From contig CAZNUY010000003.1 in NCBI GenBank assembly GCA_964576745.1, forward strand, positions 1 through 54,037: a DNA stretch of 54,037 nucleotides. The letters run 5' to 3'. Below, in pieces: positions 1 to 9,207 of this stretch; position 1 is the stretch's first letter; each line of letters starts with the position of its first letter. The stretch comes from an uncultured Candidatus Saccharibacteria bacterium. Its GTDB lineage: Bacteria > Patescibacteriota > Minisyncoccia > Phycocordibacterales > PALSA-1337. The notes beneath the pieces are model-generated. The model searched no databases. It saw nothing but the letters and a program-made list of their open reading frames with translations, and was not told the DNA's origin. The position numbers were made by a program, and so were the translations under genes.

Positions 1-59
1 AGTGCAATTATCGCCCCAACTATGACACCTTTTATTATTTGTTTTTTCATTTGATTAAT

Positions 60-1097
60 TTATACTAACTTCCCCACCTTCTCTACATGCTCCACCAACG
101 TATACGTATACCCCATCTCATTGTCGTACCATGCAAGGACTTTGACGAGATTACCACCAACGACACGAGTCATGAGAAGATCAGCGACGGAGGCGTGATG
201 ACTACCAATAATATCCGAAGAAACCAAAGGTTCATCGGAAACAGCAAATATACCTTGCCAACGATCGGTCTTAGATGCTTCGGTAAGGACTTTGTTGACC
301 TCTTCGGCAGTGGTGTCTTTCTTTGAGACGAAAGTGATATCTACGAGCGATCCAGTAACAACCGGAATACGAACAGATATACCGTCAAATAATCCTTTGA
401 GATTTTTCATAATTTTGGTCACTGCTATAGCAGCACCGGTCGAGGAAGGTACAAGATTCATCGCACCAGCTCTACCTTCACGGAAGTCCTTCTTATTTGG
501 ACCATCGACGATGCCTTGGCTTGCAGTATAGGCATGAGTTGTATTTAGCATGGCTTTTTCGATGCCGAAATTTTCATCTAGAATAGCTAAGAGTGGACCT
601 GCGGCATTTGTGGTACAAGAGGCGTTGGAGGTGATGAGGGACTTGGACAAATCTTCTTCATTCATACGCATGAGGACCATCGCGCCTTTGACCTTTGCAT
701 CGGCTTCATCTTTTGTTGGAGCAGAGACGACTACCCTCTTTGCACCTGCATCGATATGCGCTTGGGCTTTTTCTCCTGAAGTGAAGTGGCCAGTACATTC
801 GACTACGATATCGACATCGAGAGCTTTCCATGGCAACTTGGTGGCGTCTTTTTCGGAAATGAATTTGATCTCTTTGCCATTTACCAAAATAGCACTGGCA
901 TCTCCGCTGACTTTGACTTCTGCATCGAAAGCTCTATAGGCGGTATCGTGGCGAAGTAAGTAAGCGAAGTTATTGATATCGCCGAGATCATTGATGGCGA
1001 CAACCTCTATCGGACAATCAGGCTTCAATGTGATAACTCTCAAAAATGCTCGACCAATCCTTCCAAAACCATTTATTGCTACGCGTGTTTTTTTCAT
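60..1097 (-). CDS. gap: type I glyceraldehyde-3-phosphate dehydrogenase
   Basis: 345-aa ORF; N-terminal NAD-binding INGFGRIGR and catalytic-Cys motif SNASCTTN. Confidence 0.93.
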   Translation of the reverse strand: MKKTRVAINGFGRIGRAFLRVITLKPDCPIEVVAINDLGDINNFAYLLRHDTAYRAFDAEVKVSGDASAILVNGKEIKFISEKDATKLPWKALDVDIVVECTGHFTSGEKAQAHIDAGAKRVVVSAPTKDEADAKVKGAMVLMRMNEEDLSKSLITSNASCTTNAAGPLLAILDENFGIEKAMLNTTHAYTASQGIVDGPNKKDFREGRAGAMNLVPSSTGAAIAVTKIMKNLKGLFDGISVRIPVVTGSLVDITFVSKKDTTAEEVNKVLTEASKTDRWQGIFAVSDEPLVSSDIIGSHHASVADLLMTRVVGGNLVKVLAWYDNEMGYTYTLVEHVEKVGKLV

Positions 1098-1140
1098 ATA
1101 TTTATACTATTTTTATATATTGATTATATCATTTAACAAA

Positions 1141-1449
1141 CTATTTTTGTTTCTTATTTAACGCCTCCAAATTGCGCTGTAAGTCAGCAAGTTCGCGCTC
1201 GGTAGTTTGTTTTGTATGTTCAAGTTGTTGTACTTCTGCTTGCAATTTATCAGCGTTGGCCTTACTTTCCTCATATTTCTTTTTCAAACCATCAGCCTCC
1301 ATTTGCTTACGATCATATTCTTGTTTCTTACGATCTACATCGGATTGCATTCTTTTGTGCTCCTGTTTTTTTATCTCTAGCTCGCGAATTTCACGTTCAA
1401 TTCTGATTTTTAATTCTGTAACAGCGGATGTTGATGAAACGTCATGCAT
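1141..1449 (-). CDS. hypothetical coiled-coil protein (Lys/Glu/Gln-rich)
   Basis: 102-aa ORF co-oriented with neighbours; no recognisable catalytic motif. Confidence 0.4.
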   Translation of the reverse strand: MHDVSSTSAVTELKIRIEREIRELEIKKQEHKRMQSDVDRKKQEYDRKQMEADGLKKKYEESKANADKLQAEVQQLEHTKQTTERELADLQRNLEALNKKQK

Positions 1450-1506
1450 AGTATTGAGTTAATATTTTAATCAAATATGAGAATATTATACTGCAAATCA
1501 AATAAC

Positions 1507-1834
1507 GTAGCGAGAATCGAGTCTTACAGACTCTGTACAGGTTTCGCATGACTAGACCTTTTGCAAAGGCCTAGTCATATGCTCAACCTTTTCGATTCTC
1601 GCACGCACGCCCGCAGGGGCGTGCTTACCCGCACTTTCACTCACTTCGTTCGTTCAAGTGCGGGTAGCGAGAATCGAGTCTTACAGACTCTGTACAGGTT
1701 TCGCATGACTAGACCTTTTGCAAAGGCCTAGTCATATGCTCAACCTTTTCGATTCTCGCACGCACGCCCGCAGGGGCGTGCTTACCCGCACTTTCACTCA
1801 CTTCGTTCGTTCAAGTGCGGGTAGCGAGAATCGA
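1507..1834. repeat. two identical 157-bp tandem units (1509-1665, 1666-1822), each a 138-bp ORF-less core plus a copy of the tRNA-Gly 3' end
   Basis: Units identical by eye. The 19-nt tgcgggtagcgagaatcga is present at 1659-1677 and 1816-1834 (inside the tRNA). A 14-nt remnant lies at 1507-1520. Confidence 0.9.
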
Positions 1835-1886
1835 ACTCGCGTCTCAACCTTGGGAAGGTCGCATTCTACCACTAAACCATACCCGC
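1816..1886 (-). tRNA. tRNA-Gly (anticodon CCC)
   Basis: Reverse complement reads GCGGGTA..TAGTGGTAGAAT..CGACC-TTCCCAA-GGTTG..GCGAGTTCGATTCTCGC-TACCCGC-A. The cloverleaf arms pair. CCA is not encoded. Confidence 0.9.
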
Positions 1887-1936
1887 ATTGCATATTGCAT
1901 ATGTCAAACATCTGCTATCTTCATACGTCATCATCA

Positions 1937-2350
1937 TTACAAACCGACAAACTCTAACAACTTACCAAACCAACCTTTTTTTGTCTCCACCTTTTGCAAC
2001 ACCTCCGACTCTGTGCTCGATGAAACATGCAGAGCGCTGGCAACTTGATCATTCTCTACTATAACCGCTACAGATTCACCTTCTCGAACTGCACGATATT
2101 TGGTCCTGAGTTCTGCCTCAATACCCTGCTCAGTGGACAAATACTGAATCTTATTGGCCAAAACTGATCGATGCTCCTCCAGCTTTTCCAACTCGATTTG
2201 TGCAGTCTCTAGACGTTTGTAACTACCGTTCAATCGCTCTTTCATACTCCAAACAGCCTTTAGAAGAAATAGGAAAAATATGATCAAAATTACCAACGTA
2301 ATTGGTGATGAGATTATAATCCTCCAAATTCCTCGTTTGCCGTATTTCAT
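1937..2350 (-). CDS. FtsB/DivIC-like septum formation initiator (single N-terminal TM helix plus coiled coil)
   Basis: 137-aa ORF; TM segment IIISSPITLVILIIFFLFLL followed by a coiled coil and an IEAELRTKYRAVREGE-type tail. Confidence 0.5.
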   Translation of the reverse strand: MKYGKRGIWRIIISSPITLVILIIFFLFLLKAVWSMKERLNGSYKRLETAQIELEKLEEHRSVLANKIQYLSTEQGIEAELRTKYRAVREGESVAVIVENDQVASALHVSSSTESEVLQKVETKKGWFGKLLEFVGL

Positions 2351-2371
2351 AAACCACAGTATACTAGATTT

Positions 2372-2485
2372 ATGGTTTTATTTCATGAAAAAACAAAAAA
2401 GGCCGTAGGGATCGGCTTTATTGTCGTTGGCATTCTTGTTGTCGTCAGTATGATCCTCGGCTCAATACCATATTTCTGGTATTAA
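2372..2485 (+). CDS. possible 37-aa single-pass membrane peptide (MVLFHEKTKKAVGIGFIVVGILVVVSMILGSIPYFWY)
   Basis: Hand-translated short ORF below the ORF-track cutoff; hydrophobic core; no other support. Confidence 0.2.
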   Translation: MVLFHEKTKKAVGIGFIVVGILVVVSMILGSIPYFWY

Positions 2486-2505
2486 TTTTGTAGTTCAGAT
2501 GGGTT

Positions 2506-2643
2506 CAGAATAACACACGGAGCAATTGTATTTTCTGAGAGGCTCCGCAGAAATTTTCAGCAGAAAATTTCGAGGATTAAGCCAGAATTCTGCAGAATTC
2601 TGGCAGTCTCGAAGAAAGTACAATTGCTCCGTGTGTTATTCTG
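2506..2643. ncRNA. structured three-way-junction element, copy 1 (25-bp outer stem, two inner hairpins, conserved junction strands)
   Basis: 2506-2530 pairs perfectly with 2619-2643. Inner hairpins are gaaattttc-AGCA-gaaaatttc and gccagaattc-TGCA-gaattctggc. A second copy at 48441-48574 has identical junction strands and compensated stems. Confidence 0.55.
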
Positions 2644-2674
2644 TTGTCATTCTTTATACATACAAATCAAACAA

Positions 2675-4480
2675 CTACTCACCCGACCGCATTATTTTTA
2701 CAAAAACGTCTTGGGGAATATTGACGGACCCATGTTCTTTTAGTCGCTTCCTTCCCTCTTTTTGTTTCTCTCTCAATTTCATCTTGCGAGTAATGTCACC
2801 ACCAGAAAGTGTACCGGCCGCATCTTTTTTCTTACCAGAAATAGATCTTGAAGAAATAATTCTACCCAAAGCCTTTGCTTGAATTTTATACGTAAATAAT
2901 TCCCTCGGCATAATCGAATGTAGCTTTTCAACCATTTGCTCAGCTTCTTTTTCGGCACGACGTCGTGATACTACTCGTGCAAAAGCAATGACTGGTTCAT
3001 CAGCAACCAATACATCCATCCTAACTACATCGGCAATTCTTTCCTTGGTAATATCATACGATATTGAGGCATAACCGGATGAAATACTTTTCATTTCATC
3101 AAAGAAGTTGCGCATAAGCTCACGAAGTGGCATTTCCAAAATAACCATACTTCGATTGTCACCAAAATTCTCTGTTGAAATTACCTCGGCCTCATGATCG
3201 TAGAGCGACTTCATCAACCCATTGAGATACAAGGGTGGGGTGATTATTTTCATTGTTACAATAGGCTCGGTTATCTCTTTGACTTCATGATCTTCAGGAA
3301 ACAATGCTGGAGAATATACTGTGATCTTTTTGCCATTTTTCAATTCAACTTTGTAATTTATACTTGGCTGTGTAACAACTAGCTCAAGCTTGAATTCACG
3401 ACGCAAGCGTTCTGTAATTATTTCCAAATGAAGCATACCCAAAAAACCACAACGATAGCCTTTTCCCAAAGTTCCCGATGCCTCCTCTTCATAAGTAAAA
3501 GCCGAATCAGAAAGTTGTAATCTACCCAAGGCTTGACGCAAAAGTGGAAGATCGTCCTGACTTTCTGGGTATAATGAAGCCCAAACAACCGGTCGCGGAC
3601 TCTGATAACCAGGCAGTGGAGGTAAAGTGTCTCTTATTGAAGAAACCGTATCACCAACAGATGCAATGCCCGGCTCCTTTATTCCAGTTACGATATAGCC
3701 TATTTCGCCAGCAGACAACACATCTACCGGCTTATTGTCAGGAGCAAAGATACCAACTTCAATTGATTCAAATTCTTTGCCCGCCACTTTGAAGATGAGT
3801 TTGTCATGACGCCTAACTTGACCATCCATGATTCGGATAAAAACTATAACTCCGGTATGATTGGAATATTGAAAATCAAAAATCAATGATCTCAGTGGTG
3901 AATTTGCAGACGATAGATTTAGTCCATGTGGTGCTGGAACACGTTTTATAACCTCATCAAGAAGAAAAGGTACATTTTCACCTGTCTTGCCCGAGACTTT
4001 AATTACACTATCGATATCACAGTTCAACAATTGACAAACTTCTGTAACAACATCATCTGTTCTTGCTAGAGGCGAATCAATCTTACTTACAACGGGAATA
4101 ATTGTCAGTCCTGCCTCCCTAGCCATATTCAAAGTAGTCAAAGTCTGTGCTTGGACACCTTGAGTGGCGTCAACCAACAAAATTGAGCCTTCAACTGCTT
4201 TTAGAGAACGAGAAACTTCATAAGAAAAGTCAATGTGACCCGGGGTGTCGATCAAGTTTAAAATATATTCTTTGCCTCCACTATTCCACTTCATCCTGAC
4301 CGGTTGCATCTTGATCGTAATACCACGTTCACGTTCAAGCTCCATCGAATCCAAAACCTGATCTTGCATCTTTCTTTTTTCAATTGTCCCGGTAATTTCC
4401 AACATCCGGTCAGCCAAAGTAGACTTACCGTGGTCGATATGTGCAATTATTGAAAAATTACGTATATTCTCCTGATTCAT
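2675..4480 (-). CDS. lepA: translation elongation factor 4 (LepA)
   Basis: 601-aa ORF; G1 motif AHIDHGKST, DTPGH, and the LepA-type C-terminal region. Confidence 0.93.
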   Translation of the reverse strand: MNQENIRNFSIIAHIDHGKSTLADRMLEITGTIEKRKMQDQVLDSMELERERGITIKMQPVRMKWNSGGKEYILNLIDTPGHIDFSYEVSRSLKAVEGSILLVDATQGVQAQTLTTLNMAREAGLTIIPVVSKIDSPLARTDDVVTEVCQLLNCDIDSVIKVSGKTGENVPFLLDEVIKRVPAPHGLNLSSANSPLRSLIFDFQYSNHTGVIVFIRIMDGQVRRHDKLIFKVAGKEFESIEVGIFAPDNKPVDVLSAGEIGYIVTGIKEPGIASVGDTVSSIRDTLPPLPGYQSPRPVVWASLYPESQDDLPLLRQALGRLQLSDSAFTYEEEASGTLGKGYRCGFLGMLHLEIITERLRREFKLELVVTQPSINYKVELKNGKKITVYSPALFPEDHEVKEITEPIVTMKIITPPLYLNGLMKSLYDHEAEVISTENFGDNRSMVILEMPLRELMRNFFDEMKSISSGYASISYDITKERIADVVRMDVLVADEPVIAFARVVSRRRAEKEAEQMVEKLHSIMPRELFTYKIQAKALGRIISSRSISGKKKDAAGTLSGGDITRKMKLREKQKEGRKRLKEHGSVNIPQDVFVKIMRSGE

Positions 4481-4507
4481 AGTAGTCTTTACAGACTAGC
4501 AGAAAAG

Positions 4508-6187
4508 TTACATATGTTCCACTTCTGCAGGCGGTACGGGTGTCTTCCAGATCTTTTTGTGTAATGTAGTTATAACATCTTCTAACTCACGATTGTTCAG
4601 AAGTTTTAGCACTAGAACAAGAATAATTATACCCGTAAGACCTGCGCATAAGCCTTGAAGAAATAGTCCCCAAACCTTGGTCAAAGGAAATACAAGCGAG
4701 AAAACGCGAAGGCTCAAAAAGGCTACATACCCCATAATAATAGAACCAGCAAAGCTATGGAAAAGTGTAGAAAGGACGGGTTTCGAAAATCCTGGATAAG
4801 CCTTTTCGTACGTCAACCAATGTAAAACGGTATTGATAAAAGTTCCTATACTAAATGCCAATCCCAAAACCAAAACGCTCGTACCTACTTGGTCCGTAAC
4901 TTTTAACAAATCCTCAATAAAATATCGCAGGACAGGAAAAGCAAAATATGCACGATACAATGCCAAACCAGAACAAATTGTTACCACCGCTGAAATGACA
5001 TTTATGAATAAAGGCCTAGCGGTTTTGCCTTCGGCATAAAATGCTCTAACAAATAGTATTATCAGGCTCTGCCCAATCGTCGAAAAAGTAAAGATTGCCA
5101 ACATTGCAGCAGTAAGTCGGGTATCAGCCCAATCAAACTTACCAGCACCCAACACCGTTCTTACTATCTGCGCACGAAGAACAATGAATAGGACAGCAAG
5201 TGGCATTGACCAAAAGATAATATGCTGTGCAGAAGCGATCATCTTCTCTTTGAACTCTGTTATTCGACCCTTGAAAATCAACTTTGATAAAGTTGGAAAA
5301 ACTGCAGATGAATAACTTGCACCAATGAGCGTCATCGGTACTGATTGGAGGTTGAAAGCAAAATTGTATATCGATATAGAACCACTAGCCATGAGAGATG
5401 CAATCGAAACCAAAACAAAGGAAGAAAGTTGATTTGCTGATAAAGTAAGTGTGCGAGGAAAAGTGGTAATAGCAATTCTCCTAATGTCTGCCCATTTTAT
5501 ATTCAATGTAAAAACTGGAAACAACTTTTCATGGATCATAAAAGGAATCTGAATACCCATATGCAAGAAAGCTCCCACAGCAACGCCGACTGCCAAACCA
5601 GCAATACCAAAAATTGGATAACCAAACAATACTCCAGCTATTATTCCTGCATTATAAAAAACGGGACTAAAAGCATAAACCAAGAACCTATATCTCATCT
5701 GAGTCAAGCTAGAAAACAAATTTGAGAGACCAAGGAAAAATGGAGACAAGAGCATAATTCTCATCGATAAGATGAGCTCCGGTAACGCAGGATTATTGGC
5801 AAAACCAGGAATGATGATCGGTACGATATACGGGGCAACAATAAATACAACTGCACTCACCAAGATCATCCCACCAAAAAAGATAGTAAAGATACCATCA
5901 AAAAAGTTTTTTCCTTTATCTTTTGAGGATTCGAATTTCTCTATGAAATAAGGCAGGAGAATCGATGCGGAAACTAGAGAACCAATAGTAGTAAATATAA
6001 GATCCGGAACGCGAAATGCTGCATAATATATATCTAGAGCAGGGCCCGCACCAAAAGTGTACGCTAAAAGTTTATCCCGTATCAAAGCCAAAATTAGAGA
6101 AAGAAAAGCAAAAGATGCCAAGAGATAAGCGGCCTCATGTAGGCCGCGAATCTCTTGCCCTATAAATGTAAACCATCGCTTAACCAT
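4508..6187 (-). CDS. murJ: lipid II flippase MurJ/MviN
   Basis: 559-aa polytopic membrane ORF; N-terminal LSLILALIRDKLLAYTFGAG..DIYYAAFRVPD signature typical of MurJ. Confidence 0.8.
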   Translation of the reverse strand: MVKRWFTFIGQEIRGLHEAAYLLASFAFLSLILALIRDKLLAYTFGAGPALDIYYAAFRVPDLIFTTIGSLVSASILLPYFIEKFESSKDKGKNFFDGIFTIFFGGMILVSAVVFIVAPYIVPIIIPGFANNPALPELILSMRIMLLSPFFLGLSNLFSSLTQMRYRFLVYAFSPVFYNAGIIAGVLFGYPIFGIAGLAVGVAVGAFLHMGIQIPFMIHEKLFPVFTLNIKWADIRRIAITTFPRTLTLSANQLSSFVLVSIASLMASGSISIYNFAFNLQSVPMTLIGASYSSAVFPTLSKLIFKGRITEFKEKMIASAQHIIFWSMPLAVLFIVLRAQIVRTVLGAGKFDWADTRLTAAMLAIFTFSTIGQSLIILFVRAFYAEGKTARPLFINVISAVVTICSGLALYRAYFAFPVLRYFIEDLLKVTDQVGTSVLVLGLAFSIGTFINTVLHWLTYEKAYPGFSKPVLSTLFHSFAGSIIMGYVAFLSLRVFSLVFPLTKVWGLFLQGLCAGLTGIIILVLVLKLLNNRELEDVITTLHKKIWKTPVPPAEVEHM

Positions 6188-6210
6188 TGCACTATACTAG
6201 CAGATATTTG

Positions 6211-8667
6211 TTATTTTTTCTCTTTTACTGGAAGACCGGTACGCTTTTCTGGTGTTGACGCTGGAATCTTCTCATCGTTGAAGATCGATCTGCCACTTCG
6301 CAAATTTGATAGAATAAGAGCTACTTCTTCGTTATTTTCGTTTGTCTTTTGTAGATCTTCAAAAACCTCTATTGCTTTGTCGAAATCGCGCAATCTAGCA
6401 AAAGACAATCCTAGGAAGTACTTTGCATTGGCATAATCTGCCTGATACTTGATCGCTTCAATGAATGCTTGAGATGCTCCGTTGTAATCCTTTGCGTAAT
6501 ACCTAAGAAGTCCCAATTGGAATAACAAAACTGGATTCTGTGGATTGAGTTGCACAGCAATACCAGCTGCAATAACTGCATTTTGAAGATCTCCTTTGGT
6601 TGCATATATTTGCGAAAGCAAAAATACTGCATCTAGATAATTGTTTTTAACCTGAAGTGCCCTACCAAGATCCTTTATTGCATCATCATACTTACCATTC
6701 TTTGCTTCAAAATTTGCCAAATTCAAATATAGTGATGGATTGTACGGATTGAGGCTAATTGCGCTGTTATACGAAGCCAAAGCATTTTCATAACCATTTT
6801 GCATTTTTATACTTGCAGCCACCTCAGCAACTCTCGCTTCAGAAAGATAGTTATAATAATTTTTTGGATTGTATGCAGTTGCCTTTTTTGCATCAGCAAT
6901 ACCACGATTGAGTACATTATTGATGTCCGTAAGAATTGCTTGAGTAGTTGATGCGCTCGTCGTATTTGTAATTGTACTAGCCAACTTTTGAGCTGTAGCA
7001 ATAGAAATCTCAGCTTTGGATCTCCAATATACATCTGACTCATTGAGCTTGAGAGCAGTTGTGAATGCTTGATCTGCTTTTTCGAGATTTTGGTTTGTCT
7101 CGAATTCGCTAAGTCCGCGAGCAAAATAAGTAAATGCAAATATCTTCTTTATGTGCATAAGTCCAAAAATAATGAGAACTAGAATGACAACTGATACAAT
7201 CGAAGGGAATAATTTGGAGACTAATGTCCCTGATGATGGAATATATACTCTCTGATTTACAAGTCCATATGCGACACTTAGACTCACAAATAATGCAGTG
7301 ACGACAAAAGTTAACAAAATTATTGCGTGCGTTGGAATTGTGACAAATAACATCAACCAAAGGAATGTCATCATTGTAAATGAAGACAATAACATGTATC
7401 TCTTTTCAGAATCATCTGGTAATTTTTTTAGAATTCGTGTTGATAAGATTCCTAAAAATACAAACAAAAGTATCCACAATATTGTACCAACAGTACCATG
7501 AGAGGCTATGAAAGTAGGGACAAATCCAATACCGTACTGAAACTCTGTTCCCCAAGCATTTGTAGTGTTGATAATAAGTGGCTTGTAAGCCTGATATGCG
7601 TCAGAAAATCCGTTTGATCCGACTCCAAATAGAGGATAATTTTGCAAAACAGATGAAGTAACATTTAGGGTCGTTTGCCAAGGCAAGAATATTTCGAAAT
7701 GGGCTATCTTTAGTTTTGTCACGACTGAATCAAGAGTCGTAGGTCCACGATAAACTAATAGGGATAAAATTACAAAAGCAACAACAGGAAGAAGTGGTAA
7801 TGATTTTATGACTCTTTTTGTAAGTCCAATATTTTGACTAGATGTTTTATTCCATTTTTCAGAAAACAGAATTATGGATAAACCGAGAAATACGATAGCC
7901 CCAACATACCAAACTCTAATATCAGCGACGAAAATAATCCCCAAAGTTGAGATTGTGGTCAGTGTCCAGAAAATTATTTTCATCTTTTTTGATAATTGGA
8001 GAAAATTCAATCCAAACAAAGAAATGATGAGAATGAGGGTTGAGAATATTGCCAAACTATACCAACTACCCAGCATAGAAGACGTCAGGGTGGTAAAGAT
8101 ACCAAAGCTCAAGAATGTCTCACCAAAGACGACCCTCAAAAAGTGGAATAAAAATAGAACCAAGTATGACGAGACCATAGCAAAATACAAGACTATAGCT
8201 CGCTCTCGCTGTTTTTGAATCAAGTTATATGTTACAAAACCAGATAAAAACAGAGTTAACAAAAAGCCAGTAGTCAATACTTCGAAGGCCTGACCAAAGA
8301 ATGATTTTGCAAAGTGGAGACTGAGAGTCGAAGATATAACAATAGAAACAAGAAGCAGAACACTTGTTCTACACAATGATGTTGGTGGCAAAGAAATCTT
8401 TCTTTCTTTGAGAACAACAAAAGTTAAGAAGACTGCTGAAGCAATAACTCCTATATTGATCACGAGAGACTTTATCAATTCTAATGGTATATACTTACTA
8501 AACCAAAAAGATAATGGTGCTAGAATAATCGTAACAAGGAGAATATAAAAAGCGATATTATCTAGCTTGCCAGAATCAGACTTCACGGATGAGCTATTAG
8601 AAACTCCCATACCCGATCCATCTTTAACTCCAAAACTACTGTATTTATTTTCCAGTTCATTATTCAT
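6211..8667 (-). CDS. polytopic membrane protein, O-antigen ligase/Wzy-like core with C-terminal TPR repeats
   Basis: 818-aa ORF. About 500 aa of TM helices are followed by repeated TPR-like A..Y..A..L.P.N units. Confidence 0.55.
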   Translation of the reverse strand: MNNELENKYSSFGVKDGSGMGVSNSSSVKSDSGKLDNIAFYILLVTIILAPLSFWFSKYIPLELIKSLVINIGVIASAVFLTFVVLKERKISLPPTSLCRTSVLLLVSIVISSTLSLHFAKSFFGQAFEVLTTGFLLTLFLSGFVTYNLIQKQRERAIVLYFAMVSSYLVLFLFHFLRVVFGETFLSFGIFTTLTSSMLGSWYSLAIFSTLILIISLFGLNFLQLSKKMKIIFWTLTTISTLGIIFVADIRVWYVGAIVFLGLSIILFSEKWNKTSSQNIGLTKRVIKSLPLLPVVAFVILSLLVYRGPTTLDSVVTKLKIAHFEIFLPWQTTLNVTSSVLQNYPLFGVGSNGFSDAYQAYKPLIINTTNAWGTEFQYGIGFVPTFIASHGTVGTILWILLFVFLGILSTRILKKLPDDSEKRYMLLSSFTMMTFLWLMLFVTIPTHAIILLTFVVTALFVSLSVAYGLVNQRVYIPSSGTLVSKLFPSIVSVVILVLIIFGLMHIKKIFAFTYFARGLSEFETNQNLEKADQAFTTALKLNESDVYWRSKAEISIATAQKLASTITNTTSASTTQAILTDINNVLNRGIADAKKATAYNPKNYYNYLSEARVAEVAASIKMQNGYENALASYNSAISLNPYNPSLYLNLANFEAKNGKYDDAIKDLGRALQVKNNYLDAVFLLSQIYATKGDLQNAVIAAGIAVQLNPQNPVLLFQLGLLRYYAKDYNGASQAFIEAIKYQADYANAKYFLGLSFARLRDFDKAIEVFEDLQKTNENNEEVALILSNLRSGRSIFNDEKIPASTPEKRTGLPVKEKK

Positions 8668-8757
8668 TACATTTTATAAATTAAGCTATTTAATGCATTT
8701 ATTATAACAGAAAATGAAAAAAGAAATCCACAACATAATCTAATATCATAAGACAAG

Positions 8758-8786
8758 AAAATCCCACCTTTTTGAGGTGGGATTTT
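8758..8786 (-). terminator. intrinsic terminator hairpin downstream of the RNase P RNA (symmetric, could act on both strands)
   Basis: aaaatcccacc / ggtgggatttt form an 11-bp stem with a 7-nt loop; a T-run follows on the minus strand. Confidence 0.6.
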
Positions 8787-8789
8787 CAT

Positions 8790-9153
8790 TTAAGTCATAC
8801 CATAAGCCGAATTCTGTTGCATATGTCAGACATATGCATGACAACCATTTGTCTGGTCCCAAAATTGCTTTTGAGATCGAGCGGTTCTTTTTTGATAAGC
8901 CTTGCGGTTCTCAAAAACACGACCTTGCACCGAAGTAAGGATTTTGCCGTTGCAATCCTGTGTTACCACAGGCTTCATCCGTATTGCTACGGAGCTATTG
9001 TCTTTCGACTAAAGCGTCACTGTTCGCACCTCTGGTTATTAACCTGACGGGTGTTACCCGCTACTTGTTTCCACCGACTTGCGTCAGTGGCGGTGTTCGG
9101 ACTTTCCTCCCTGTATCGCAAGCGACACAGAGCGGTTGTCTGGTACAACTATC
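8790..9153 (-). ncRNA. rnpB: RNase P RNA, bacterial type
   Basis: Minus strand carries the P4 strands GGGAGGAAAGTCCGAAC and ACAGAATTCGGCTTATGG. P1 pairs AGTTGTACC with GGTATGACT. The region is more G+C-rich than its flanks. Confidence 0.8.
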
Positions 9154-9207
9154 GGAATTATACCACAAATGATAGATTTTGCAATGTGGTGATATTAGTT
9201 CTACTAG

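Noticed and set aside
1509-1822. The tandem 157-bp repeats as a possible CRISPR array
   Set aside because: There are only two units. They are identical over their full length with no unique spacers, far longer than CRISPR repeats, and clearly built from tRNA-end duplications.
1718-2048. ORFs 1718-1957 and 1815-2048 on the plus strand
   Set aside because: They run through the tandem repeat and antisense through tRNA-Gly and the start of the FtsB-like gene. There is no coding signal.
2581-2604. EcoRI-PstI-EcoRI sites (gaattctgcagaattc) suggesting cloning-vector polylinker contamination
   Set aside because: The sites are part of a hairpin that has a compensated, non-identical counterpart in the second copy at 48.5 kb. 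The flanking sequence is native AT-rich DNA.
2506-2643. Hammerhead ribozyme interpretation of the three-way junction (CTGAGAG resembles CUGANGA)
   Set aside because: The core does not fit. The conserved strand reads CUGAGAG rather than CUGANGA, and no properly placed GAAA or cleavage-site UH arrangement is seen relative to the three helices.
2526-2882. ORF 2526-2882 on the plus strand
   Set aside because: It starts inside the structured element and runs antisense into the lepA 3' end. It is judged spurious.
8821-8838. Similarity between atatgtcagacatatgca inside rnpB and gatgtctgacatatgca at 51855-51871
   Set aside because: It is a short, imperfect palindromic match. One copy is inside a conserved structural RNA, so it is probably coincidence.
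8772-9172. ORFs 8772-9047 and 8960-9172
   Set aside because: They lie entirely within the RNase P RNA gene on the opposite strand.
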